Source of the DNA: Lophium mytilinum
Taxonomy: Eukaryota
Length of the DNA stretch: 64,000 nucleotides
Direction of reading: 5' to 3'
NCBI GenBank assembly: GCA_010093605.1
Contig: MU004186.1
Span: forward strand, 1,592,616 to 1,656,615
In this document: positions 36,300 to 47,783 of the stretch, piece after piece
How the letters are laid out: each line of letters starts with the position of its first letter
Numbering within the stretch: position 1 is the first letter of the stretch
Made by a program: the position numbers and the translations under genes
The notes under the pieces: model-generated
What the model saw: the letters and a program-made list of their open reading frames with translations, nothing else
Databases searched by the model: none
Told to the model about the DNA's origin: nothing

Positions 36300-36748
36300 A
36301 GAACGCGAGGAATCGGGTCGCCACGAAAATGGAACGGTGACACAGCAGCATCTGTGTGACAGCAGTCAAGCCATACGATTGGATGCAACAATGTGATACT
36401 TTGACACTAATGCATGTTTCCTTATTCTACAAACACCTCTCGACGCTGTTGCCTGCTCCTCCTCTTCTTCTTCTTCTAGTTTCTACCTCTTCTTCCAGCC
36501 TCTTCATTCGCGGCTCAAGGCTTGAATACACTCACCAGTCGAGAATGAAGCGCAAAAGCGGCCCCGATGGGTCTCCAAAGCTCGGAACGAAACTGCAGAG
36601 CTCGAACAAGCGGATCGCTAGGTAGGTCTCGCAGTCGTCTAATCAGATGTCGGAGTTTAATCTATCTCAGGCGACAAGACAATGATGCAAGGACTGAAAA
36701 GTATGCTGTTTCCTATCTCGCATTGTCTATAATGTAGCCTTGGTTTCT

Positions 36749-38135
36749 ATGAAGGACGAAGTCTCTGACAGCCATTCCAACAGGCCAACGAGCGTCAATC
36801 GAGCTAACAAGCTCGAGCAAACCCCGCGGCGGGCGTCGGAAAGACTGCGTATTGTGGCCAAATCCAAAGACGACTCCAAAGGGTATCAAGGCCATAGAGG
36901 CTCGAAGAGCTTCGTTCCCAGTCCTAAAGATAGAAAGCCAAGCCACAATGACCGACTGTACGAAGCCGCTTCTATCTCCGTAAACTTCTTGCGTCACTAA
37001 CACCTCCAGGAAACCACTGCGAGACGCCTATGCTGCTGATCGCATTGCGTCTTTGGACTTCGCGCGCAAGTTTCATTCTCGCCTCCCGCCCGAACTCCGC
37101 AACGAAGTATATAAAGAACTCCTCCCGAAGAAAATCAACGTCGGACGTCTCTCAACCAAGACGACTCGGAACGAGATCGTGGATATGTTGGGCCATCCCC
37201 GCTATTGTTTCCCCTCGTATGTCGGTCGAGATGTTGCTAGAGAGGCCTTGAAGGATTGTTACAGCAATACCTTGTTCATATTCACGCACAACGCCCACGA
37301 TCGCCACAACGATGACTTCCATGTGAAACTAGATGCCGGAGGACTGTTATGGTGGTTTCTCCACGTAGACGTCTTCGGCCTCGGCGTCGTTCCTCGGAAT
37401 CTAATTCGCCATATCGAACTATCAGTATTCGTCGATCGACGAGATCAAGGGGTGACCAATGCCAGACTGGACTGGATACGCCGAGAGCCAAGTCACCCGG
37501 AAGAATGGATCGACTGGTCGCAAGACTTGAGCAACGAGGACTACGAGAAAGCTTCGCAAGAGCTATTGGAGCAGGCCTACATAAAACACGATCACGTAAG
37601 ACACTACCTGGGTCAGTTCCTCAAGCTCAGTCAGAACGCGAACCTACGCGTCAATGTGCACAGCAGGCTCCGTAGACACGCCTCACAGACAGCACTTGAA
37701 TTTCGGCACGTGTCGCCCCTCTTGTTCAAGCTTCGAGACAAGGGCTGGAATGTGAAGGTTACCTATTGGGATCATGCGATTCGTTCCAATCGTGCAGAGC
37801 CTTTGGATATGACCATTTGCTTCGATAAGTCGACAGAACAGTATCGAAACAAAGCGTACAAGGTGTTGCAGCGCATGGGCTTGACTTCCCCGCCCCCAGA
37901 GTACCTATACGAGCATAATAAGTCGCCATTGCTAGCCTGGTACCTGCTTCAGTTGCACGACCACTACAACGTTTATGTGACGATGCAGGGTTCTAAGGAC
38001 GACATCGAGAGCTCAGAGGAAGTGGATACGGAACAGATGGATGAAGATGAATGGCGTGGATTCTGCGCCCGGACAGCTTCTGAAGAGATGAAAAGAATAA
38101 AGAAGAGAGTGAACGAGCGGAAGAGATTTCTTTAA
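36749..38135 (+). CDS. hypothetical protein with an F-box-like LPPELRNEVY helix; 5' end uncertain
   Basis: 360-aa ORF; plausible intron 36958-37009 (GTACGA..CTAAC..CAG) joins the upstream ORF in frame; possible extra exons from 36545. Confidence 0.6.
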
Positions 38136-40902
38136 GCTTGGAAGACATATTTGTCTTAAGAATGAAAAGTTCCGTTCTTTAAATTACTGCGCTGAAAGAG
38201 ATCTGCTCTTTGAATAAATCTTAGAGCGGACCAACGCAACCCCAAGAACTTGAAAAGTACATACAAGCCCGCTTGGATACCATGCAAGAAGAATGGCGTT
38301 TCAGGATTTGGCGCAGCGACCAAAGATGCTTGCGAGTTTTCAGAACTGGAAGAGAAAGCTGTGGGGGGGAGAGTGAGGAGGTGCAAGAGAAACGGAGATC
38401 GATCGAATCCTCAACTCAAGCAGCAGAGACGTCATTAGCGAAGCTGAAAGAGGTACCGCTTATCTAGGAGGGCTGTTTGTATAATCGATAAAACCTGAAG
38501 GTATCGTTTTAGTAGGGAAGGCGGCCCGGCCATGTCTTGCCCGCAGCTTAATTGGGATGAGAAGATAGTTTGGGGTCTGGTTAAATATCACATCACAGGA
38601 GGGTTTGGACAACGCACCTGCCCAAGCCTATCTACGCGAGATTTGAACTCTCGGTAACTCATAACCTCATACTTAGGTATCGAATATAATTATTATACTT
38701 CGATTTGCGGGAATCAGCTTCAATCACGGTTCGGAATGTTGAGGTCTCGCATTTGCACTAAATCCGGAGGCCAGATTCAATCTCAGTAACTCGTTCTCGG
38801 AAACCTGAAGTCGTCACCGGAGAGAACTGAACGACAGGGCAAGTGTGCTGACCGGGTAGCAGCTTCTCATTGCTCAGCTCCCGTCGTTTCAAATAACGAA
38901 ATCTCTTTCTCTGATTCAATTTTCACATTTGCTGAGATCAAAAGCTACAGGATCACGCAAAACGCCCGTTATATCCCCTGGCCCGTCTACAATATCGATA
39001 AGAATACTACCAACAGGAAGCTTCGAGTGATGAGAGTTGTAGCGAAATACTTGAGCAGCACACGCCCTCCACCCTTTTCGCACACTAGCCTAACACTGCC
39101 TGGGGTCCTATGATACATCATAAGAGATTGGAAAAGGACAGTTTTGACAAGACTAAAGGCCTTGCGGGCCACCTCAAACGGTACCGGACTGTCCCTTAAC
39201 TCAGTGTGCTCAACAGAAAGTCCGCAGCACAAGGCGTGAGCTCATGGCCTTAGCGCAGCTCCACAGAGCATCGTTCAAAACCGGAAATCTCGAGGAAGTT
39301 GCAGAACCACGTGGAGTAATGAAGTATGAGGTCGTGACGTGTCCGGGCGAGCTTGCTGACCTGCATGCACGATGCGTTGTGGGCTTCGCCCGGAGCTACC
39401 ACCGACCCAGGCGCCTCCGGATACGATGTCCACGCCTCGGGCAATTTGCGTGGGGCGGCTTCTTGGATCGACGACAAACCTGTGGGTTCGCAACGGTGAC
39501 GATGTAGATCATATTCAGCCTTCCCTCTCATACCAAGCCTGTTCGGCGTCGCGCTTACAGCCAATCGGACAAGATGTTCGCTAGGTGAACCAATCTGACT
39601 ACAGGGCGAGTCCCGCTGTCTTTCCTTCAAGCGGACGCGGTGGCGCTGGCAACTCTTTAATTGTCGGTGGTCGTAAGCTGCGGTAACGTGTTCGAGGGCG
39701 ACGAAAAGGGCGAAGGCATGAGAAGGGCAAGCTGGGGCGACGAACTCTCGGGCATGGCTCTGCACTATGAGGTGTATCGAATCAATGCATTCTCGTCGTT
39801 ACGCCTGGAAAGGCGGCGGATCAGTTCGTTGTCGCCCTGAGTTGATAGCAAAACGGAGTGGTATAATTCGGGAGATATGGCACCTTGCAGCCCGAGTCTT
39901 CGTAAGGTGTTGGGCTACTCGCAGTGCACTATGACAGCCGATAACTTTACTCTAGAGGCGAAGATTTTGAGGGAAAACAATGAGAAGCTAGACTCGTAAG
40001 TCTGTATCTTTTAATCTTCGCGCGGCGGTCCTTTTGGTAGCTGTGAATCCCTAGGAAGTCTGCAGTCGGAGATCTTGGAGGGCCTTTGGACGACGAACGT
40101 GCTCTACTGGTATAGGGAGCTACCGTTAGCTTCAAGCTGACCGTAATTCACGCAGTAACATACCACTCAGCTCCGCCGCCGCTCACATCCCCACTATTCA
40201 AGTCCGTCCCTTCAACGACACGAATTACGTCCTGAAGCCCTCCTTAAAGGCCACCACGCCACCCACCTATCCTGCCATTACCTCTACCAACGATCCAGCC
40301 TCGGATCCGATTTCTAGCAATGTGCCTAGACCCACCCACAATGCTTTTTCTCCTCTTACCGAAAGCAATCTTAGCGCACACGACTCCAGTCCACATCGCA
40401 ACGCTTCGCGGTCCGATAGAGATCGGAGAGACAGACTCAAGAACGCCGGAACCGAACTAGGCTTCGAGCTCACCGATCATGATATCCCGCCACTACATGA
40501 GGGTAAAACGCCGATGCAGGTATGGATGGCGGAGAAGTGACAAAGCTTCCATCTTGGTTTGAGAGGCTGAGTTTGGGTGTTTCGTTTGGGATGACCGAAA
40601 TGGCGTTTTGAGTTTAAGCGGGTCATGTATAATGTCGGGGAATAATGTATCGCTTATCGCGCGGGACGGGAAGAAGGTGGCACTCTATTCTCCCTTTTTT
40701 ACATCTCTTTGATGCTGCTTATGGTGCTTCAACCCATTTTGTAAATTATAGATAAGATAGAAATTTCAGGCTTTGGGCGATGTAGAAAACTTGTTGAGGC
40801 ACTCCAAACAGTAGCAGACAGGTGCAGCCATGACATGGCGGAGTAAGTAAGTAGCAGTAAAAGTTGGAAGACTACAAATCTATAAGGTATACTATTCCTG
40901 TG

Positions 40903-41055
40903 TTGCGTACGCTTATTTAGCACCGCTTGAGGTGCCCCAGTGTGCTATTGCTTTCATGAAACATCAGCTTTGGCAAGCCTCATAGTTCTCCGGACCACCT
41001 CAGACGGTGTCAAACGGTTGAAGTGTACCACTTTTTTTTCCTACCCAGCGTGCTA
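40903..41055 (+). repeat. family A repeat copy
   Basis: TACGCTTATTTAGCACCGCTT..CAGCTTTGGCAAGCCTCATAG..CCACCTCAGAC matches 20604-20745. Confidence 0.8.
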
Positions 41056-41619
41056 TTCTACACCTCTGTTAATCTGAAATACCCATTATCTCGCTCTCAA
41101 TGTTATCGAACTTAACATTGCCGGACAACAACGACAGAGCAACTGATAGTAAATCGGCACTCTTCGAACCTGAGCCGGATGTCCTTCAACTGTTGAAAGG
41201 CCAGTGATTTTACCTGCCGTTCGTCCGCCTATCAAACTAATAGCCTTTGATTGTTTATAAGCAGAAAAGCGCCACTAATAAGAAGGCTGAAGAAGCCGCT
41301 CTGAGCTCGTCTCGGAAAAGCGGCATCACCACCTCGCACCGATTTCTCCATTTCGAAAACACAATCCTTACAAGTGTGGGGTAGCATTTGAGTCAATCGT
41401 TTTAGACCACAGACGATTCGACGATGCTGTTATCGCGTGGTTTTGGTGGCATCTCGCGTGCCTGCGGGGTTGCCATGTCGTGATAGGAGCTCCAGCCTAT
41501 CGTGCGTGCTGCCTCGATACGGTAGTGGTGAGCCAGTAATCGAGTAGAAGATATAAAAGCAGGGCAGAGACGTAGAGATAGTCGATGACTTCAGAGATTC
41601 AAAGTGAAAAGAGGGAAAA

Positions 41620-43103
41620 ATGACTACTTTTACCACGACTCAAGAGGCGACTAACGTCGAAGGCCAGCCAATCAAATTAACGGTGGCGTATGATGATAAA
41701 GTACATAAAGAGGTACGATCTATACAACATATGAGAGTATACTTGGTTTTGCTGAACTGTTTGGGGTCAGTCCAAATATGCTGCATATTTGCCAGTCTAC
41801 GATAATACCACGAAGTTCCCACCCACGGAACCCTTCGAATTCCACGATAGAGGTCACAATGCCGACCCTGCCAAACCGAATCTCCTGAACAGAAACGATC
41901 CGGCTGTCAAGACGTCAAAACTGACACCGCGTGTTGGAACTGAGATCACAGGCCTACAGCTCTCGCATCTAACCGACGCCCAGAAAGACGAGCTCGCTCT
42001 CCTCATCGCTGAGCGCGGCGTCGTCATCTTCCGCGACCAGGACTTCAAAGACATCGGTCCGGACGCGCAGAAGGAGTTCGGAAAATACTTTGGTCCTCTT
42101 CATGTTCACGTGAGTGCCACTCTCTGCTCGGTTTGTGTGACACCCAGTTGATAGAAAAGAACAGCCCGTTGGCGCCCACGTCAAAGACCACATCGAGTTC
42201 CACTCCATCTACCTGGGAAAGGACAACCTCTACCGCCTAGGCCGCAGCCAGACTAAACTCACTACCACGGGCTACCACTCCGACGTTTCGTACGAGCAGT
42301 AAGTAAACCCGGGCACAGATAAAAACCTTCTCAGCAGCAGGTATATTTGAAAAACTACTCAGGGAGTACTCCGAGACAACCGCAATGGTGTCTTGGAATT
42401 CCCTGAAGGAGTGTCTTACGCAATAGTACCTGTTACAAGAAACCAATATCGGTTTTCTCACTCTACTTCTGAAAGATTTGCTAACGTTGGTGCCACCTTG
42501 CAGCCAAACTCCCGGAATAACCATTCTGACTCTGGTCCAAGTGCCTGAGACTGGGGGTGACACTGGCTGGGTGTCTCAAGCGGCGGCGTACGATCGATTG
42601 TCAGAGCCGTTGAAGCAGTTTTTGGAGGGGTTGCTGGCGGAGCATAGTGGGTTTCCGCAGGCTGAGAATGCACGGAAGGATGGCCATTTTGTACGCAGAG
42701 AGCCAGTGAAGAGTTACCATCCCATCGTCAGGGTTCATCCAGTCACGAAGCAGAAGGTGCTATTTGTGAATCGGGGTTTCACGAAGCGGATCGTGGGACT
42801 GAAGGAGGAGGAATCGGATGCCATCTTGAAGCTGTTGTTCAAGGTAAGCTATTAATTTCCATCTGGTGGAGGAGGTGATGCTAACTATGGCCGCAGCATA
42901 TTAGCCAGAGCCAGGACATCCAGGTTCGCGTAAGATGGGATGATCGCACGGTAGCTTTGTGGGACAATAGGGTCACTGCCCACACGGCGATATCTGATTA
43001 CGATGTTAGTGATGAAGGGGAAGGTCTTAGACAAGGTTTCCGTATCACCACGCTGGCAGATAAGCCGGTGGGAGTGAATGGGTTGGAGTCGCGTTGGGAT
43101 TGA
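41620..43103 (+). CDS. TauD/TfdA-family 2-oxoglutarate/Fe(II) sulfonate dioxygenase (Jlp1-like); 5 exons
   Basis: LTPRVGTEITGLQL, ERGVVIFRDQ, HSD Fe ligands (GYHSDVSYE), GGDTGW, HPIVRVHP, WDNRVTAH; TATAAAA at 41552. Confidence 0.93.
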
Positions 43104-43130
43104 TTTGATTGAAGGATGCACGATTTTTGA

Positions 43131-43263
43131 AGCACGCTAGGCATGAAAAAAGTGTCACACTCATCAAGATCTGTGGTATTAAAGCACTACAAACAATGGC
43201 AAACATATGTATAAGAGGCAGAACGCCGGTTGAGTGTGCCGCCTTTTTCGCGCACCGCGTGTG
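43131..43263. mobile_element. short (about 130-bp) family A MITE derivative
   Basis: AGCACGCTAGGCATGAAAAAAGTGTCACACTCA ... TGAGTGTGCCGCCTTTTTCGCGCACCGCGTG inverted ends; interior resembles one hairpin arm (AAGCACTACAAACA..GGCA). Confidence 0.55.
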
Positions 43264-43635
43264 AAGGTAGAGAGATGTAGAATAAGGGGTTCGCATGTGA
43301 CACCGTGGCGCCCTTCCTGGTTATTGGCTTACTCAGCCTAAAACTATATACCTACCTACCCTTCTCATGTGACTAGTTTCCTCACTGATCAATCAACCAA
43401 TACAATACTTGACCATCACTGAGCTGCTGAAGCTTTCTCATCACAACACTTACAGCCTCAATTCTATTAATAGAACCGGTGATCCCAATTGAGAAATCCT
43501 GCATTTCCCCTCGGGCGTCCCCGCTTCTACAACGTCCAAGCATCAATCCTCCCAGCGAGTCGCTCGCATCTGGATACTTCTCCTCGCATCAAGTGGAAAG
43601 CGACAGCTGGATAAAAGAAGACCATATTTCACAGC

Positions 43636-44817
43636 ATGGAGTGTGACCATCTTGAAACTGATCCATCGACTACTGGTTTTCTTAGCCTCGCCAATGAATT
43701 GATCCTGGATATCGCGGACCTCTTAGGCACCCAAGGCGATACTAGCCGACTTGCGCAGGTCAATCAAAGACTTCAGCTTCTGTTCACAGACCAGCTGCTA
43801 AGCTTCAACATACAACAAGAGAACAGCGATGCTCTCAAGTGGGCAGCAAGTAAAAACCACCAAAAGATGGCTGGAAGAATGATACGGCTTGGAGCAGACC
43901 TAAACCCAAAGGTCTGGGGGCCTCCATTGCACGAAGCGGCAGGCAGTGGGCATTTCGATATGGTCCAGCTTCTCCTGGACGAAGGAGCCGACCCTGAAGC
44001 AAAGAATCGATCGAATGATACGGCCATTACCGTGGCACTCAAGGCAAACAACGAAGCTATGGCTTGTATGCTTTTTGACAAACTGAGAACTATTCGAGGC
44101 GCCAGCAATGCGCTTCTCGAAGCCAGCCGGCTCAAAGAGTCGAACTTCATACGGTACGTCTTGGAGGCCGGCGTCCCCGCCGACAGCAAAAACCCATCGA
44201 ATTCCTCAGCGCTGGATCTAGTCGTGTGGCGGGACCTCGCACCAGGGCATGACCTCTTCAAGAACCGATTCGATGATGATGCATTCAAATCAGTCACCAT
44301 ACTCCTGGAGTACGGCGCAGATCCCGATCGCAAAGGGCGGAACGCCTCAATACTTCAGACGGTACGCGACAACTCTGCACGACATTCTGATCCGAGAGTA
44401 CGCGTACTTCTTGCAATTGCTGGAAGAGAGGAGCTGGTCACGAAGATTGACACTGGTGTATTGAGCCAAGGTTGGAAGCGGTCCACAGGGAGGGAGTTGG
44501 ATATCCCACGAGACGTGCTAGAGGTAATACTCTCGACACCTCCCAGTCGAGCTTTGCCTAGAGCGAGTTTAAAAGCGCTGTTTCCTCCTTTCGTTGACGA
44601 GGCCTGCTGGCAGGGCATTGAGGAGGAAAGACGTGCGGCTAGACGTGAGGCCAAACGTGAGGCACGGCTAGCCACAGAGCGTCAGCTCAATGCGGTCATC
44701 CGCGCGTTTTCAAGATATCAACAGTCAAGAACAGGGCCATGGTCGGACTTGGTGCAAGATCTCGATGCAGGCCTCGGCGAGTTTCGAAGGCATTCACGAG
44801 GAGGGCCAGGGTCGTGA
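43636..44817 (+). CDS. ankyrin-repeat protein with an N-terminal F-box-like motif
   Basis: FLSLANELILDIADLL..LAQVNQRL; ankyrin repeats ALKWAA, PPLHEAAGSGHFDMVQLLLDEGADP, LLEYGADP; intronless 393 aa. Confidence 0.85.
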   Translation: MECDHLETDPSTTGFLSLANELILDIADLLGTQGDTSRLAQVNQRLQLLFTDQLLSFNIQQENSDALKWAASKNHQKMAGRMIRLGADLNPKVWGPPLHEAAGSGHFDMVQLLLDEGADPEAKNRSNDTAITVALKANNEAMACMLFDKLRTIRGASNALLEASRLKESNFIRYVLEAGVPADSKNPSNSSALDLVVWRDLAPGHDLFKNRFDDDAFKSVTILLEYGADPDRKGRNASILQTVRDNSARHSDPRVRVLLAIAGREELVTKIDTGVLSQGWKRSTGRELDIPRDVLEVILSTPPSRALPRASLKALFPPFVDEACWQGIEEERRAARREAKREARLATERQLNAVIRAFSRYQQSRTGPWSDLVQDLDAGLGEFRRHSRGGPGS

Positions 44818-45831
44818 GGAAGATCGAAGATATCATATGAAAGTGAATGCGGATCCTGGTACCATGGAAGGACAGCCTCCGGTCACCGAATCAGGCCCCA
44901 AGTATTATCCCCCTAGCGGAACACATGTATTGCATTCCCACACAGAAAACTAAGAAATACATGTAAAAGTTTCCTTGAAGGCTCATCTTGGACACGGAGA
45001 GGCCAATCGCGCTCGGGACAACAAATGAAACAATCTAGGAGAGAAAGTCATACAAAGGCCCTCCCGGGTGCTGAGCAAGAGCGTTGGTAGGTAGATACGC
45101 ATCTGGAATGAAGATATCGCTAGAACTCTGCTGGCCTTCTTATTCTTCCCCTGTATCCACCGAGACGGGCGACACTGAAAATATTTCAGAACGGGTAGTA
45201 GGCTGGACGGTGATTAGGGAATGCTCGGGAAAGACAGCGAGGAGGCGAAAAAAGGTTCACGCCTGAATTTTTGTAAGGGGCTGTAGCCTCTCAGGCAGTG
45301 GCAAGTGGGGTCAAGACCAACTTTTCGACCAGTCAATTTGTAGGTCGTCTACAAGCGTTCAATGATGACTGTCTAATTCAGGCCCTCTTGAACTCTGCAT
45401 CACCCGCAAATGTTTAAGAGGCCCTGAAACCACTCAGACAGCGGCGAGTGAACGTCAAAGCCATTTATTGCACCCATCAGATTCGAGGCCTAGAACGTGA
45501 TTTGTCTCTTCCAGGCCCCAGATCTCTACACGCACGGCCGCGGTTTCTGTAACGGGTGACGGTTGAGATTATTCCGGCGAATGTGCTGCGTAGGCGAGAG
45601 GCTATTAATACGACGGCGTATGCCACTGCTTGGGGTGGTAACAAGGTATTTTCAGAAAATTGAACAAGATGGAAACTCTTCACTTTGGGCCATCCGATAT
45701 CTTGTTGAGGTACTTCAAGCAGTGACAGACAGGTGTGCGTAAGACGGAGTGGTTGAGAGGGTGCCGCTTATTCCATGCCCAGCGTACTCCTCCCGCGCCC
45801 CGCCCCCCCCTCTTCCCCCACATATCCCTCC

Positions 45832-46294
45832 CCCACCTCCTCATTCTTGGATCTGCCGTTCGGCATCACTTCGAAAGTGTAAAAGTACACGTCAATGTTG
45901 TTCTTTACCCAGGTTTGGCAAGTCAGACCGTGTCCCCAAGGTATGCCTGAAAGCTGGCCCGAATATAATCCTTCATGGCTCGCATAACGGACTGAATGCC
46001 GGGGATCTCTCGAAAACTGTAGAAGCCGTAGATCTGGATAACGTCCGTGACGTAGAAGGGAACAGGAAGCTGTCGGTAAAAGTTGCGAAGTTTCTCGAAC
46101 CAATACAACTCATTCAAGGAGAGTTGGTAGGCGATCCATAGCTCATCGTGTTCGTTGTTGATGGCCATATTGAGTATAGGCTCGGTGAACGTCGAGTTGA
46201 AGGCGGTCTCGTTGAGAAGAGCTGCCCCTTCCTCTGCGTTTGCGCCTGCGATGTTCGGGACCTTGACGAACGAGCCGTTGGCGAGCTGCTCACT
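45832..46294 (-). pseudogene. truncated, frameshifted carboxylesterase paralog of 18423-20350
   Basis: SEQLANGSFVKVPNIAGANAEEGAAL vs SEQLATGWFVKVPILVGANSDEGTAL; LTCQTWVKNNIDVYFYTFEVMPNGRSK vs LTCQTWEKYSVSSYCYSFEVVPNGRSK; frameshift near 45930. Confidence 0.85.
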
Positions 46295-46540
46295 GAGGAG
46301 AAGGATGACGAATATGATGATGTTGAAAAGAGAGAGGTCTGGTGGAAGGTGAGACTATGGACAAGAGGTACTGTGCGCTTGCCGTAGCCCTCACCGCTCC
46401 TCTTTGAAAATCCTTCTGATCCTGCCCAGGCTATACGGCGGCAGCGGCGGGAAGAGCGTGGGAGGAAGGGGACGGTAAGGGTTGAGATCACGCCGGCGCA
46501 GAGGTCCTACGATGCCTCAATAGCTTTTGTACATTAATTT

Positions 46541-46650
46541 GCTACTGCTTGAAGTGTCCCCATAGGATGAGAAGAGTCTAGATGTAATGGAACGTTTGTT
46601 ATAGTGGAATTCAAGTTACCGTTTGACGGATGGGCTACCCCTAACAGCAT
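46541..46650 (+). repeat. dispersed repeat family B, diverged copy
   Basis: ACTGCTTGAAGTGTCCCCATAGGAT..TAGTGGA..GGGCTACCCCTAACAG resembles 16143-16270 and 51711-51845. Confidence 0.5.
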
Positions 46651-47783
46651 TTTCTAGTAGTCAAAAGTAACACCAAGAGAATATGGCACCCACGCGCCTA
46701 AACTTCCCAGTCAGCAAGATAGACGTCTCCTCAAAGAACCTAGGGAATATGGGAAATAGAGACATTGGGTTCTCTTTCATTTTGTCTATTGAGAGTCACG
46801 TGACAGAGAGAGACAAGTGTTACTACTCGCCCCTAGCTCTGCGACTTACAAGCCAAACATAAGAAAGATAAAAGGGGCACCTTAAGAAAGAGGTCAGGAT
46901 AGTATAAAAGTATTAAGCATTGTGTGCTGCTATTCTCTGTTGTTGTATGCCTCAAGCCTGAGGCACGGTAAGAAGGACTCGATACTAGCTCTCCTCACAC
47001 CCCACCAACTCTCGTAAAACTGTTGGAAATACCTACTGACTTAGACCACCCAACGGAGACACGTAGGTTCAGTAGTCCCGGCGAGAAGGAGATGAACACA
47101 TCCAGAGAAGCCTTCCCCTGAATCAAATGGCTCCGCGATTGCCCGAACGAGCGAGCCGAGGGTTTTGCAATCCCGGACAAGCTTTTCATCACTAAAGATG
47201 ATGCCCTCTATCGTCTTCATCAAAGGCCTTCAATTGCGCGTCGTGCTTCGGCGAGTAGCGGCGGTCAAGAGCGTGGAGGTTCTGTAGTGTCAGCTGAGCG
47301 GGATTTGATTCCCAAAAGACGCGCAGAGAAGACCCGCTAGTGCACGTGAAAGCAGGTTAGGGCGGCGCGGGAGAGGCTGAGAAGCTGGGCCAGTGGTTAG
47401 AAAAGTGTGGGGAGATCAGGCCTCGCCCCGGTTGGACGGCGGTGCTGCGGATGCACTGCTGAGGGTCGCATGTCCCCCAAGCCAAGCTTCAAAAACAACA
47501 TCTCCAATCTCTCCCCAAATGCGCCGTGAATGACCTCTGTTTATCTGCTGTATCAGAATCTGCGCCGCATACCCTCATATATTGTCTATCCAGCCCTTCT
47601 CGAGCGCAGTCCCTTTCGCTTTCCAGCCCATAACCTCGGTATAGCGGAGAGCAGTTAGCGTCATCGCGGGGCGGAAGCCCTTCGGCGAGAGCTCCAGCCA
47701 TAGCATCCTTCAACGCACGAGACTCGAAATTGTTGGCGCCAGACGCAGAAACCAGGCCCGCGAGGCCTTGAATACCACCAAAT

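Noticed and set aside
38630..38665. tRNA T-arm-like GAGAGTTCAAATCTCGC on the minus strand
   Set aside because: No acceptor stem, D-arm or anticodon arm could be folded
38987..39765. Overlapping ORFs of 70-171 aa
   Set aside because: No motif, no consistent frame or splice pattern
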